From: Bacillota bacterium
GTDB lineage: Bacteria; Bacillota; Clostridia; TANB77; CAG-508
Direction of reading: 5' to 3'
Assembly: GCA_963929915.1 (NCBI GenBank)
Contig: CAWVJY010000002.1
Coordinates: forward strand, 17,798 to 81,797
Length of the DNA stretch: 64,000 nt
The number at the start of each line of letters is the position of its first letter. Position 1 is the stretch's first letter. The notes under the pieces were generated by a model. The model saw nothing but the letters and a program-made list of their open reading frames with translations. It was not told where the DNA came from and made no database searches. This document shows positions 9,037-19,581 of the stretch, piece by piece. The position numbers and the translations under genes were made by a program.

Positions 9037-9158
9037 TGTCAATGGGGACGGAGAATTTTGACAACTTAAGTCGTTGGGGACGGTTCTTAGTGACCCCATT
9101 TAGGGCCACTGAGAACCGTCCCTAGTAGCCCCTTTTAGGGTCACTAAGAACCGTCCCC
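9037..9158. repeat. GGGGACGG-family repeat cluster: one type A unit plus three type B units
   Basis: Type A unit TGTCAATGGGGACGGAGAATTTTGACAA at 9037-9064. Type B units: GGGGACGGTTCTTAGTGACCCC (9076-9097), AGGGCCACTGAGAACCGTCCC (9102-9122, inverted), AGGGTCACTAAGAACCGTCCCC (9137-9158, inverted). Confidence 0.88.
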
Positions 9159-10992
9159 AACATTCAACATTCTTAATGCGTTTAGTATTGCTATAATAGA
9201 AACTCCTACATCTGCAAATACTGCCCACCACATGCTAACTATTCCAATTGCAGTTAAAATAAGTATCAAAATTTTTACAATAATTGCAAAATAGATATTT
9301 TCTTTTACAATTCTCATTGTCTTTTTTGCAATTTGAATTGCTTTACTAATTTTGGATGGTTCATCTGTCATAATTACTACATCTGCTGCTTCTATTGCTG
9401 CATCTGAGCCAACTCCACCCATAGCAATTCCAATATCGGAAAGTGCTAATACCGGTGCATCATTAATCCCATCTCCTGCAAAGACTAATTTTGCGTTTTC
9501 TGTTTTACTTTTTAGTAGTTCTTCTACTTTTTCTACTTTTCCATCTGGTAAAAGTTCTGCATATACCTCATCCATTTTTAGTTCTTTTGCTACTGCTTCT
9601 GCTACTTGTTTTTTATCTCCGGTAAGCATAACTGTTTTTTGAATGTGATTTTTCTTTAGGTCTTCTATTGCTCGTTTTGCATCTTGTTTAATTTTATCTG
9701 CAATTACAATAGTTCCTGCAAATTTTCCATCTATAGCAACATATAATATGGTTCCTATATCTCCACTTTCTTGATAATTAACATCATATTGTTTCATTAA
9801 TTTATCATTGCCTACTAAAACTTGTTTGTTTTCTACTACTGCTTCTACTCCATGACCCGAAATTTCCTTTGCTTGAGAAACCAATTTGCTATCTATTTCT
9901 TTTTGATATGCTTTTTTCAAAGATAAAGAAATAGGATGATTAGAAAAACTTTCTGCATAGGTTGCCATTTTTAACAGTTCTTCTTTTGATATATCTACTG
10001 CCTCTATCTTTTGTACCTCAAAAACACCTTCTGTTAGTGTTCCTGTTTTATCAAATACTACGATTTCCGCTTGTGCCAAAGCTTCTAAATAATTACTACC
10101 CTTTACCAAAATTCCACATTTGGAAGCTCCTCCTATTCCTCCAAAAAATCCTAAAGGAATAGAAATAACTAATGCGCATGGGCAAGATACTACTAAAAAG
10201 CTAAGTGCCCTATAAATCCAATCTGTAAAATTAGCATTTGGTATTAGTATTGGTGGCAAAATTGCTAAAAAAATAGCGATTATTACCACAATTGGTGTAT
10301 AATATTTGGCAAATTTGGTAATAAAATTTTCTGATTTTGACTTTCTACTACTTGCATTTTCTACTAAATCTAATATTTTGCTAACAGTAGATTCTCCAAA
10401 TTCTTTTGTTACTTGAATAGAAATAACACCTTCTTGGTTAATACATCCGGCTTAGTATTTCATCTCCTACTTTTATACTTCTTGGTACAGATTCTCCTGT
10501 TAACGCAGAGGTATCAAGCATAGATTTTCCATCTAATACAATTCCATCTAAAGGAACTTTTTCACCTGGTTTTACTACAATGGTTTCTCCAATTTTTACT
10601 TCACTTGGATCTACTTTTTGTAATTTTCCATCTCTTTTTGCATTAGCAAAATCAGGTCTAATATTCATAACACTTGCAATCGATTTTCTAGATTTATCCA
10701 CTGCATAACTTTGGAATAATTCTCCTACTTGGTAAAATAACATAACTGCAACTGCTTCTGGAAGTTCTCCAATAGCAAATGCTCCAAGAGTTGCAATTGT
10801 CATTAAAAAGTTTTCGTCAAATACTTTTCCTCTAAAAATATTGCGAATGGCTTTCCAAACAATTGGAAAACCGACAATAATATAGCTTATAATATAAATT
10901 GCATTATTAATCCAAACATTTGCAAACCTAATAGTTAATGCTACTATAAATAATGATAAAGCAATTATTACCTGTATCACTCTTTTTTTCAT
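9144..10992 (-). pseudogene. cadA: heavy-metal (Cd/Zn/Co-type) P1B-type ATPase, frameshifted near 10290-10440
   Basis: Two ORFs (10438-10992 and 9144-10289) together give the TM/actuator part, CPC motif (VSCPCALV), DKTGTLT and GDGINDAP. The missing linker (INQEGVISIQVTKEFGESTVSKILDLVENASSRKSK...) is readable in another frame. Confidence 0.85.
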
Positions 10993-11004
10993 TCGTAAGC
11001 CCTC

Positions 11005-11226
11005 CTATATTTTCTCTACTTTTACATCTGGTTCTTCTTTTTTTACTACTTTTTTGATTTTTTGAGTTAATTCTTCTTCTCTATCTTCTGGTAATTCTAC
11101 AGTCATTTTTTCTGTCATAAAACTTACTGTAGCATTATTTACACCTTCTATTTTTTGTACTTTTCTTTCTAATTCTGCTGCACAATTTGCACAGTCTAAT
11201 CCTTTTAAATTAAATTTGCATACCAT
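11005..11226 (-). CDS. heavy-metal-associated (HMA) domain protein
   Basis: GLDCANCAAELERKV contains the CxxC metal-binding motif. Lies immediately upstream of cadA. Confidence 0.8.
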   Translation of the reverse strand: MVCKFNLKGLDCANCAAELERKVQKIEGVNNATVSFMTEKMTVELPEDREEELTQKIKKVVKKEEPDVKVEKI

Positions 11227-11359
11227 TTTTCATCTTTCCTTTCTGTTATTATTTTTACTATTTTCTTTATCTTTTCTTATATTTAATTATCTATATTTAT
11301 CATAATTAGCTTTTTTAATAAGCTTTTTATCGTAAAATATACTTTTAAATCTCAAAATT

Positions 11360-11719
11360 TTATTTATGTTCTATATGTTCTATTCCTAATTCAAATAGAC
11401 CTTTTACATGGTCATCATCAATAGCATAATATACTTCTTTTCCCACTCTTCTGCATTTTACAATACTCATTCTTCTTAAAGTTCCCAATTGATGAGAAAT
11501 AGAAGATTTACTCATCCCTAATACATTAGCAATATCGCATACACACATTTCATTTTGGTCTAAAGCAAATAAAATTTTAGCCCTTGTAGTATCTCCTAAT
11601 ATCTTAAAAAACTCTGCTAGCTTATTAAATAAATTATCTTCTGGCATTTTGCTTAACGTATCTTTTACCACATCTTGATGAATGATATTACAATCACAAA
11701 TAAATTCATTTTTTGACAT
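11360..11719 (-). CDS. cadC: ArsR/SmtB-family metalloregulator (CadC-like)
   Basis: Winged-HTH pattern LGDTTRAKILFAL...EMCVCDIANVLGMSKSSISHQLGTLR. Operon partner of cadA. Confidence 0.85.
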   Translation of the reverse strand: MSKNEFICDCNIIHQDVVKDTLSKMPEDNLFNKLAEFFKILGDTTRAKILFALDQNEMCVCDIANVLGMSKSSISHQLGTLRRMSIVKCRRVGKEVYYAIDDDHVKGLFELGIEHIEHK

Positions 11720-11925
11720 TTATCAATCACTTCCTATCTTATTGTTAATTAGCAATTCTGAAATAAATAAATTGCCATTTCGTATTTTTATTTCATTTTA
11801 TTATATGCAAACAATTGAATATGTGTTCAACTTTAATATTATTATAGTTGAATGTATATTCAATTGTCAATAGATTTATGATAAAAATTTAAATTTATAA
11901 ATGGCAATAATAAATTTCCGGTTTA

Positions 11926-12916
11926 TTATGCACAAATTTCACTTAAGATTTCGTTGGTACTTTTATAATTAAACATAGCTCTTGGATAATTATTTATCCA
12001 ATCTTCTATTTTTTGTATAAATTCTTCTGATATTGGTGTTATATCAATTCCTTTTGGTATAAACCTTCTTATTAATCTATTAGCATTTTCATTACTTCCT
12101 CGTTCTCCTGAACGATATGGATGGGCATAATATATTTGTGTTCTAGCCTTTTTTCTTCGATTATCATAAGATTTCTCTAAAGCCTTCCAATTTCTAAATT
12201 CTCCACCATTATCAAAAGTTATAGTTTTAAATTTATTATAAAATATTTTTTTATATTTCTTTTCTATTATATCTAATGCTTTTGCTACATATTCTGCTTT
12301 CTTTCCGGGTAGCTTTACGATTATTTCTTCCCTTGTCTTTCTTTCAGTTAAAGTAAATAATACTGAACCTCTTTTTTTAGTTCCTATTACTAAATCTCCT
12401 TCCCAATGTCCATATATTTCTCTACTATTAGCTTCTTCTGGTCTATAATCTATACTCTTTTCTGCTGGTACTTTTTCGCATACTGTCTTTTCTTTATTTT
12501 TTTCCTTATATTCTTTGTTGTAAATCATATCGCTTGATTTTATATCATAAATATCTCCTGCATATATATTATTTCTAATTGTTCTTGCACACATTTTTGT
12601 TTTAAAATTCATTGTTTTTATCTCTTTTGCTATTACTTCTGGTGACTTTTTATCTTCTTTTATAGCTTTTTCAACATATTCTTTTAATTCATAATCATTA
12701 TCTATTTTTAACTTTGGTCCTTTTGCTTTTAAATAATATTCATATTTTTGCTGTGCTACATCTGCACTATATACCCATATTTCAATTAATTCCGTTGTTA
12801 GATTTTTTACTAATCCTCTTTTTATTTCATTCCTTATTGTCTTTTCTGTTCTATCTAAAAGTTCAGCTATTTCAAGTTTTGTACGTTTATCTCTATTCCA
12901 CCATCTTTCTATTGAT
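11926..12916 (-). pseudogene. IS30-family DDE transposase, C-terminal 330 codons (the N-terminal 26 codons lie at 14563-14642)
   Basis: HWEGDLV...TFDNGGEF...RGSNENANRLIRRFIPKG is the IS30 DDE signature. The frame stays open upstream of Met 12612 (SIERWWNRDKRTKLEIAELLDRTEKTIRNEIKRG) up to the insertion junction. Confidence 0.85.
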
Positions 12917-14562
12917 GGTCAATTGTAAAAATAAATTTTATTTAGAAAAAGTAACTTCTAGTTACCGAAAAAAAGCTATTTAAAAGCAAAAAAATGGTAA
13001 AAAGAGGTTGCTTTTTTTATGAATTTTGTGTAAAATGAAGATATAGACAAGAAAAAAGAGCGCAATTAAGCGAGTGAATTCAAATTAATTTTTTTGAGTG
13101 TAAGACTAATTTCTATTCACTTAATTTTGTGGACACGACAGTGCCAATATTAAATTAGCGTGGATACTTCTTGTAGATGTTTTTTTAATTATTTTAAGAG
13201 ATAAGGTTGTAGTGTGACCTTATCTTTTTCAATCTTTTGTATGTTTAGTTTATCTAAAGTAACTTTACCATAGAAAAATTCAAATGCTTCATATGGTGTT
13301 TTTCCACCTAAAGACTTTCTAGGTACAGAATTGATATGTGAAAACATTAAGTTAAGCTTGTCCTGAGTTAAATCTTTAAAGCTTTTTTTCTTAGACAGAA
13401 TATCACGTACAAATATATGATTATTCTCTACATGAGGCTTCTGGCTAGACATTTGAGCATCACAGTAAAAAATATTGCTTCTAATTTCTCCAGTCTCACA
13501 ATTAATTTCAAAAAGCTGTGGCTTAGCAAATTCGGATCCTCTGTCAGTAAGAAGTAAGCCAAATAACTTATGATACATATCATCTGATAAAATATCCTGA
13601 AAGTAATTAAGAGAATTGGACATTTCCTCAGCCGTTTTATGTTGTTTTAAAAGCCCTATCATAAAGCCTGTATTTTCAAATATGAAAGTCTGGATAAATG
13701 GACCGTTCTGATTATTGTAAACAGTATCCATTTCAGTTGTAGGCATATCAGAATTGTTCTTTACAAACTCTAGATAATCTTCATACTTTCTACCGGTGTA
13801 ATCAGCAGGTTCAGCTCTTTTCTTGAGTTTTTTCTTTCTAGATATTTTCCTTTTTACTTTTCTTCTTAGTTCAAGGTCAGTAACACCCCAATCTTTGAAT
13901 AAGCCCATTTCAATGTATGTATAAATTGTCTTTTCACATTGCTTGATTTCTTTGTGATTTTGTAAAATTGTATAAATTGATTGACCTTGTTTTATTAAAG
14001 GACAAATGACATGTGCTAATTCATAAAGTTCAGTTGTGTTTAAATTAACACCTTGTCTAGAATCTTTTAAAGTATATTCATAATTGCTTTGAGCAGTATT
14101 AGCGTAGTAGAAGTATTTGGCTTTATTACATTTTTTAATGTTAGGGCAACAATTACAAGCACCTATGAATCTGTCTCTTTGAAGACAAGGAACTTCCTCA
14201 AAATCAATACATTTGCTAACACAAACTTTGCATTCATTGAAATGTTTGCAAGCCCAAGGGGCTTCATCAATTTTAGAATATCTACGTTTTCTATTGTTTT
14301 TAATTTCCTTTCCGATAGTAGATTGACTTTTGTTAAGTTCTTTAGCAGTTTGGAATTTTCTTAATCTTTTGCAAATATTTTGTTCGATAACTTTCCTATC
14401 TTCTAAAGATAGATGCTTACCATCAAATTTCATAAATACCTTCTTTCTCAAGAAGTATCCACATTTATATTATACTAAATTGCATTTAATCTTACAATAA
14501 CTGTTAATTTACTATTAATTTGTATTTATTTTTTATTGAATAGAATTTACTTTTTTAATTAA
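12917..14562 (-). mobile_element. inner IS element (1646 bp) inserted into the outer IS30 transposase gene
   Basis: Flanked by a 15-bp direct duplication CATCTTTCTATTGAT (12902-12916 and 14563-14577). Imperfect terminal inverted repeats of about 25 bp (about 19/25 matches by eye). Carries its own transposase. Confidence 0.8.
13189..14451 (-). CDS. DDE transposase, divergent IS30-like, with a Cys-rich insert
   Basis: N-terminal HTH (HLSLEDRKVIEQ...STIGKEIKNN). Catalytic-type motifs MDTV, TDRGSEF and PHVENNH, followed by SVPRKSLGGKTPYE as in IS30-family enzymes. Confidence 0.75.
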   Translation of the reverse strand: MRKKVFMKFDGKHLSLEDRKVIEQNICKRLRKFQTAKELNKSQSTIGKEIKNNRKRRYSKIDEAPWACKHFNECKVCVSKCIDFEEVPCLQRDRFIGACNCCPNIKKCNKAKYFYYANTAQSNYEYTLKDSRQGVNLNTTELYELAHVICPLIKQGQSIYTILQNHKEIKQCEKTIYTYIEMGLFKDWGVTDLELRRKVKRKISRKKKLKKRAEPADYTGRKYEDYLEFVKNNSDMPTTEMDTVYNNQNGPFIQTFIFENTGFMIGLLKQHKTAEEMSNSLNYFQDILSDDMYHKLFGLLLTDRGSEFAKPQLFEINCETGEIRSNIFYCDAQMSSQKPHVENNHIFVRDILSKKKSFKDLTQDKLNLMFSHINSVPRKSLGGKTPYEAFEFFYGKVTLDKLNIQKIEKDKVTLQPYLLK

Positions 14563-14873
14563 CATCTTTCTATTGATTGTCTTTCACTATATTCTAAGTG
14601 TTTACCTTTTCTACTTTTTGTGGTATTATTTTCTTGACACATAATTAATTCTTCCTTTCAATGTTTGATTCGACACCAACATTGTATCATAAGTTTTAAT
14701 TATGTGTCTTTTTATTTATCTTAAAACGGTAATTTAATTTTACCATTTATATAAAAATTTAAATTTTTTGCAATAAAAAAGAGACTGTCCTAAAATCAGC
14801 CTAAATCTATTGAAAAGATAATTTTAATGCTGTGGCGATATTTTAAAACAATCTCTTTTTATCTATTATTTCA

Positions 14874-15434
14874 TTATTCTTGTGTCTGTCTTACTACTCT
14901 ACAGGGATTTCCATAAGCTATCACATTAGAAGGAATATCTTTTGTTACTACACTACCTGCTCCTATTGTTACATTGTCTCCTATTGTTACCCCTGGAAGA
15001 ATTGTTACATTGCCTCCTATCCACACATTATCTCCTATTTTAATCTTCTTTGCATATTCTAGTCCTTCATTTCGTTCTTTTATATTAATTGGATGGCCTG
15101 CAGCATAAATACCACAATTTGGTCCTATAAATACATTATCACCAATTGTAATTTCTGTTGCATCTAAGATTACTAAATTATGATTTGCATAGAAGTTTTC
15201 TCCAATAGTAATATTGTATCCATAATCGCAAAAAAATGGTTGTTCTATTAAAAAATTACCTTTCGTATTTTTTAATAACCCTTTTAGTATTTTGGTTCTT
15301 TTTTCTATGTCAGATGGCTTTGTTTGATTATATGCAAAACAAATATCTTGTGCATTAGTTCTTTCTTGTATTAGTTCTGCATCATAATTTGGATTATACA
15401 TAAACCCATTTTGTACCTTTTCTTTTTCTGTCAT
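14874..15434 (-). CDS. maa: maltose/galactoside O-acetyltransferase (hexapeptide-repeat family)
   Basis: MTEKEKVQNGFMYNPNYDAELIQERTNAQD N-terminal Mac domain followed by left-handed beta-helix hexapeptide repeats (IGDNVWIGGNVTILPGVTIGDNVTIGAGSVV). The internal Met has an RBS. Confidence 0.85.
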   Translation of the reverse strand: MTEKEKVQNGFMYNPNYDAELIQERTNAQDICFAYNQTKPSDIEKRTKILKGLLKNTKGNFLIEQPFFCDYGYNITIGENFYANHNLVILDATEITIGDNVFIGPNCGIYAAGHPINIKERNEGLEYAKKIKIGDNVWIGGNVTILPGVTIGDNVTIGAGSVVTKDIPSNVIAYGNPCRVVRQTQE

Positions 15435-15601
15435 TATCTCTTTCCCCTTCCTTTTCTTGCATCCATTTAGTTTCAAAATTTTACTTATTGCAACTATTCT
15501 TCTTATTATATACATGAAAAATCAAATTTAATCAACATCTTTTCAAAAAACAATTGCTTTTTCTTTTGTTTTTTGGTATGATTATATAGTAGTTTTGATA
15601 T

Positions 15602-15684
15602 GCCGATGTGGCGGAACTGGCAGACGCACCAGACTCAAAATCTGGCGGGAAACCATGTGGGTTCGAGTCCCACCATCGGTACCA
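15602..15684 (+). tRNA. tRNA-Leu (anticodon CAA), CCA encoded
   Basis: GCCGATG acceptor stem, anticodon arm CCAGA-CTCAAAA-TCTGG, long variable arm, T-arm GTGGG-TTCGAGT-CCCAC, 3' CATCGGT-A-CCA. Confidence 0.93.
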
Positions 15685-15901
15685 GATAATAAAAACCTAT
15701 GTAAGTATACCTATGTAAGTATTGAGATATTAATATTTTACATAGGTTGTTTTTTTAGTAATACAATAGGATTTTATTTTATTAAATAATATTAATTTTT
15801 CTTATTAAGTAAAATTTTTATAAAAACATAATAAATTTATTGACTTTTGCAAACATGTGTTTTATAATATTGTTCCGTAATTAATATAGTAAAAAAGGAG
15901 G

Positions 15902-16735
15902 TTGATAGTTTTGAGCGATATAGACAAGAAAAATGTTTCATTCGAAGAAATAAAGCATATCGATGAAAATGGTGTTGAATTTTGGTATGCTAGAGAGCTG
16001 CAAAATGTTTTGGAATATAAAGAATGGAGAAAATTTGAAAACGTAATAGATAAAGCAAAAGAGGCATGTAAGAATAGTGATATTAGTGAGTTTGAACATT
16101 TTGTCGACGTCGACAAGTTGTCGAAACGTGCTAATAATGCAGAAGTCAAGATTAAAGACTACAAATTAACACGTTATGCTTGTTATTTAATAGCCCAAAA
16201 TGGAGATAGTAGAAAAAGAGTAATTGCGCTTGCTCAAACATATTTTGCAGTTCAAACTAGAAAACAAGAAATCAACGAAAAAGAGTATATTTTATTAACA
16301 GAAGATGAGAAAAGATTTTATCAAAGAGATTTGACAAGAAAAAGTAATTATTCTTTAAATCAAGCTGCTAAAAATGCAGGAGTTAAAAATTTTGACAAAT
16401 TTCATAATAGCGGATATAAAGGTTTGTATAATGGAGAAACTGCTGATGATATTGCAAAACGAAAAGGATTAAGATATAGAGAAGACATTTTAGATAATAT
16501 GGGTAGTGATGAACTTATTGCCAATTTATTTAGAATTTCTCAAACAGAACAAAAATTAAAAAAAGATAATATACAAACTGAAAAAGAAGCAAATAAAACA
16601 CATTATAATATTGGGAAAAATATAAGAGAAGTAATTGCTAAAAATGGTGGAACTATGCCAGAAGACTTACCTACACCTAATAAAAGCCTAAAACAACTAG
16701 AAAAAGAAAATAGTAAAAGTTTGAAGAAAAGATAG
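15902..16735 (+). CDS. DNA damage-inducible protein D (DinD)-like
   Basis: FEEIKHIDENGVEFWYARELQNVLEYKEWRKFENVIDKAKEAC...YKLTRYACYLIAQNGDSRK...IALAQTYFAVQTRKQE matches the DinD family pattern as I recall it. The exact start codon is uncertain. Confidence 0.65.
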   Translation: MIVLSDIDKKNVSFEEIKHIDENGVEFWYARELQNVLEYKEWRKFENVIDKAKEACKNSDISEFEHFVDVDKLSKRANNAEVKIKDYKLTRYACYLIAQNGDSRKRVIALAQTYFAVQTRKQEINEKEYILLTEDEKRFYQRDLTRKSNYSLNQAAKNAGVKNFDKFHNSGYKGLYNGETADDIAKRKGLRYREDILDNMGSDELIANLFRISQTEQKLKKDNIQTEKEANKTHYNIGKNIREVIAKNGGTMPEDLPTPNKSLKQLEKENSKSLKKR

Positions 16736-16787
16736 AATATTAATAGTTGCACTATAATAAGAGGGTATCCTAGAATAGGAACCCTCT

Positions 16788-19097
16788 TTATTTTGCTTTT
16801 ACATCATATTCCATTACATGAACTTGAATAATTTCATGTTGGTAATCATCTATAATATGGTTGTATTGAAAAAATTCTTTCTTTGTTTCTTGTAAAGTAC
16901 AATTATTTAAATCAAGAAGTATTTCATCTGATACATCCATTCCCTTTGGCAATGTTTGATTAAAATTTTCAAAGAAAATAATATTAGAATAATATAACAT
17001 TGGCATTTTTTCTGGCACGTTTAAGCGATACAAATAAATTTCTTTTTCTCCTAAATTTTGTTCTATTGCCTTTTTTTGGTCTAGATGAAATAGTTGTAAG
17101 TTTTCTAATGAAATCGGTTTAGTTTTGGCAAGATAAATAGATAATTCATAAGGTGTGCTAATTTTGCAAAATGCTTCTTTTAGTAGTTTTAAATAATTTC
17201 TTAAAGTATCAATAAAGGTATCTAATTCTGTTTGCAAGGTAATATTTAAAATGTTATATTTATCTTTTTCTACCTCTCTATGTTTTTGATTATTTAGCGT
17301 TTTTATTTTGGTTTTATCTTCTGACATGCTTCCGAAAATGTCAAAATCTTTTGCCTGAATTACTTCTATATTATTCTCATATTCTTGTTTTAGTTGTTCT
17401 AATTCTTGCTGTAATATTTGTTTTTGCTCTTTGCTTAAATCTTTACTTTGGGTACTATTTAAAATTTGGCTAGCAGTAAGTACTTGTTTTATAGCAAAAA
17501 TAGCATCTGTTTCGTTTTTCGAAAATTTTCTTCTTTGTAATTCATCTACTTGTTTTCCTAATTCTTCTATATCTGTTTCATAATCAAAACTTTTTCCTAT
17601 TTTTTCTTTTTCTTTATTTTCCTCTTCTTCTCCTTCGTTTAAGCTAGGGAGCTCATCTTTGTTTGTGAATTTCCAGAATTCAAAAATACTTTTTTTATGG
17701 AGGTCTATTTCATTTAAATAGATATTGGCATTTTTTATTTTTCTTTCTAGATTTACTTTTTTTAATTCTAATGCCTTTTGGTCTAGTTCTAAATTTTTTA
17801 TCATTTTCTTTCTACCATCTAGTTTTGTACACACTTCTATTAAATCTTCTATGGTATAAAGTTTTTTATTTTCTTCTAGAATTGCTTCTTGCTTTTTAGG
17901 TTCTTCTTTTGGAACTTCTTTTTTATTTTTAGAACTATTTACAGGCTTTAATTCTTTTTTACGGTTAGAAAAGTAATACTTTATTTTTCCAAAAAAAGTT
18001 TTTTTACATTCCAAGAAAGTGGCAATTTGCCTTTGTTTGCTCAAATATTCTTCATTTTGTTTTTCTACTATTTGTTTTAAATCTTGTAATTTTTCTTGTG
18101 CCTCTTTTAATTTTCTTTCTTCTAAAGTAACTGCTATTTTCTTTTGATTCACTTGGTTTTGAATAAATTCTGTTAGTGTGTTATAGTAAATTGCTTTTTC
18201 CTCTTTTTCTGTTACATAATAAAAATCCATTCCACCTTTTTCATCTATTTTTATTTTAAACTGATAATCTTCTGGAAGGCCTGTTGCCAAAATAAATAAG
18301 GCTTTTAGTAGTTTATAAAACTCTTGTGCTTCTTCTTTGTTAGTAAATGTGACAACATAGTCACTTTCTATTTTTTCATAGACTTTTGCCTTTCCCACAA
18401 TGGTAAGTGACATTTTCTCTTTTTGATCATATACTTCATAAATGTTAGGCCATTCTTTGGTAAAATACCAAATATAGTTTTCTAAATCTGTAATTTGGCT
18501 TTTCACTAGATAATTTCCAGAATATTCTAAATGTGTAATAGGAACATAAATGAGCTCCTTCTTTCTAGCTTTTTTAGCCTCTATTTGTTTTTTTAAGAGA
18601 TAAAATAGAGCAACATTATTGGTTTCATTAATAGGTACTAACATAAAATATTGGTTTGCCACATCTGAATAGTAGATTTGCCAAATATAGTTATGTTCAT
18701 ATTTTATTTCATAAGGAATTTGGTTTTGTAACTGTTCTTGCTCTTTTTCAATTACTTTTAAATCTTCTAAATGCATATCATTTAGCAATTTTAGAAAAGC
18801 ATCAAAATATTCCAAATTTTCCTCTGTTTTAGAATCTAAAAATTGACTAATTGGTATTGCCAATTTATATTTTTCACTTAAATTGGTTAGCCTATCTGTT
18901 GGTGTTAACAAAATTTGAATTTGTGTAACATCTACATATTGGTATACTTTATAGCTCATATCATCATAAGCTTTAGAAGGTCTAAAAGAAAAGGGTGTAA
19001 ATTCTTTTAGAAATTTTGGTACCCTTTCCAAATTAAGTCCTATATATTGTAATTTTTCCTTTACTTTTTCTTTATCTTCTGCAATTTTTTCTAGCAT
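16788..19097 (-). CDS. large hypothetical protein (769 aa) with central coiled-coil regions
   Basis: Long uninterrupted ORF. AGGAGG RBS before ATG 19097 (MLEKIAEDKEK). No domain recognised. Confidence 0.7.
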   Translation of the reverse strand: MLEKIAEDKEKVKEKLQYIGLNLERVPKFLKEFTPFSFRPSKAYDDMSYKVYQYVDVTQIQILLTPTDRLTNLSEKYKLAIPISQFLDSKTEENLEYFDAFLKLLNDMHLEDLKVIEKEQEQLQNQIPYEIKYEHNYIWQIYYSDVANQYFMLVPINETNNVALFYLLKKQIEAKKARKKELIYVPITHLEYSGNYLVKSQITDLENYIWYFTKEWPNIYEVYDQKEKMSLTIVGKAKVYEKIESDYVVTFTNKEEAQEFYKLLKALFILATGLPEDYQFKIKIDEKGGMDFYYVTEKEEKAIYYNTLTEFIQNQVNQKKIAVTLEERKLKEAQEKLQDLKQIVEKQNEEYLSKQRQIATFLECKKTFFGKIKYYFSNRKKELKPVNSSKNKKEVPKEEPKKQEAILEENKKLYTIEDLIEVCTKLDGRKKMIKNLELDQKALELKKVNLERKIKNANIYLNEIDLHKKSIFEFWKFTNKDELPSLNEGEEEENKEKEKIGKSFDYETDIEELGKQVDELQRRKFSKNETDAIFAIKQVLTASQILNSTQSKDLSKEQKQILQQELEQLKQEYENNIEVIQAKDFDIFGSMSEDKTKIKTLNNQKHREVEKDKYNILNITLQTELDTFIDTLRNYLKLLKEAFCKISTPYELSIYLAKTKPISLENLQLFHLDQKKAIEQNLGEKEIYLYRLNVPEKMPMLYYSNIIFFENFNQTLPKGMDVSDEILLDLNNCTLQETKKEFFQYNHIIDDYQHEIIQVHVMEYDVKAK

Positions 19098-19241
19098 GTT
19101 TTCCTCCTGTTTGTTTTTCTGGTACAAGTATATCACAAAGAAAATAAGGTTACAATTATTTTAGGAGATTTTTTAAACTTTGTTCATATTCTTTTTGACA
19201 TCTTGATAAGATATTAAGCATTTGATTGTTTTTCATTACTT

Positions 19242-19400
19242 TTGGTTCTCCCTTATACAAATTTAGAGGGAGAGCATTTTCACACCTTAGTGTCTTAATT
19301 GCTCCCCCTCTTTGTACGATTTTACTGTTGCCTAACCAACGTTACAGCACTTAAGTCTGCTTTCTATTTTAGGTTATTGTGGCAGTCGTACCTGCTATGC
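19242..19400. ncRNA. candidate structured RNA / GC-rich conserved-looking intergenic element (class unknown)
   Basis: Closing helix TTGGTT (19242-19247) with AACCAA (19334-19339). Long helix AGAGGGAGAGC / GCTCCCCCTCT enclosing ACAC-CTTA-GTGT. An alternative pairing CTCCCT/AGGGAG is possible. GC is well above the flanking DNA. Confidence 0.35.
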
Positions 19401-19504
19401 AAAATAAATTGCATCTATTATTAGTATATTTATTATACTATATTATATTCAATATTTCAATACTTTTTATTCGTCTTTTACAATTTTTACAGTTTTCCCT
19501 ACAC

Positions 19505-19534
19505 TTGACTAACTTAACATAAAAATGGTATAAT
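19505..19534 (+). promoter_or_regulatory. sigma-70-type promoter for ORF 19582-19854
   Basis: TTGACT (19505-19510), 18-nt spacer, TGgTATAAT (-10 at 19529-19534). Confidence 0.5.
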
Positions 19535-19581
19535 CTTTACATAGTCTAATACGACTTATTTTAAGTAAAGGAGATTTAGGT

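Larger units (their letters stand above)
11883..14769 (-). mobile_element. IS30-family insertion sequence (outer element), disrupted by a second IS
   Basis: Imperfect terminal inverted repeats of about 45 bp (11883-11930 AAAAATTTAAATTTATAAATGGCAATAATAAATTTCCGGTTTA vs the reverse complement of 14722-14769). The transposase frame is continuous from ATG 14642 to 11926 once the 12917-14577 insert plus duplication is removed. Uninterrupted length would be about 1.2 kb. Confidence 0.8.

Noticed and set aside
15595-15789. 64-aa ORF overlapping tRNA-Leu
   Set aside because: The ORF is simply the translation of the tRNA gene and its AT-rich trailer.
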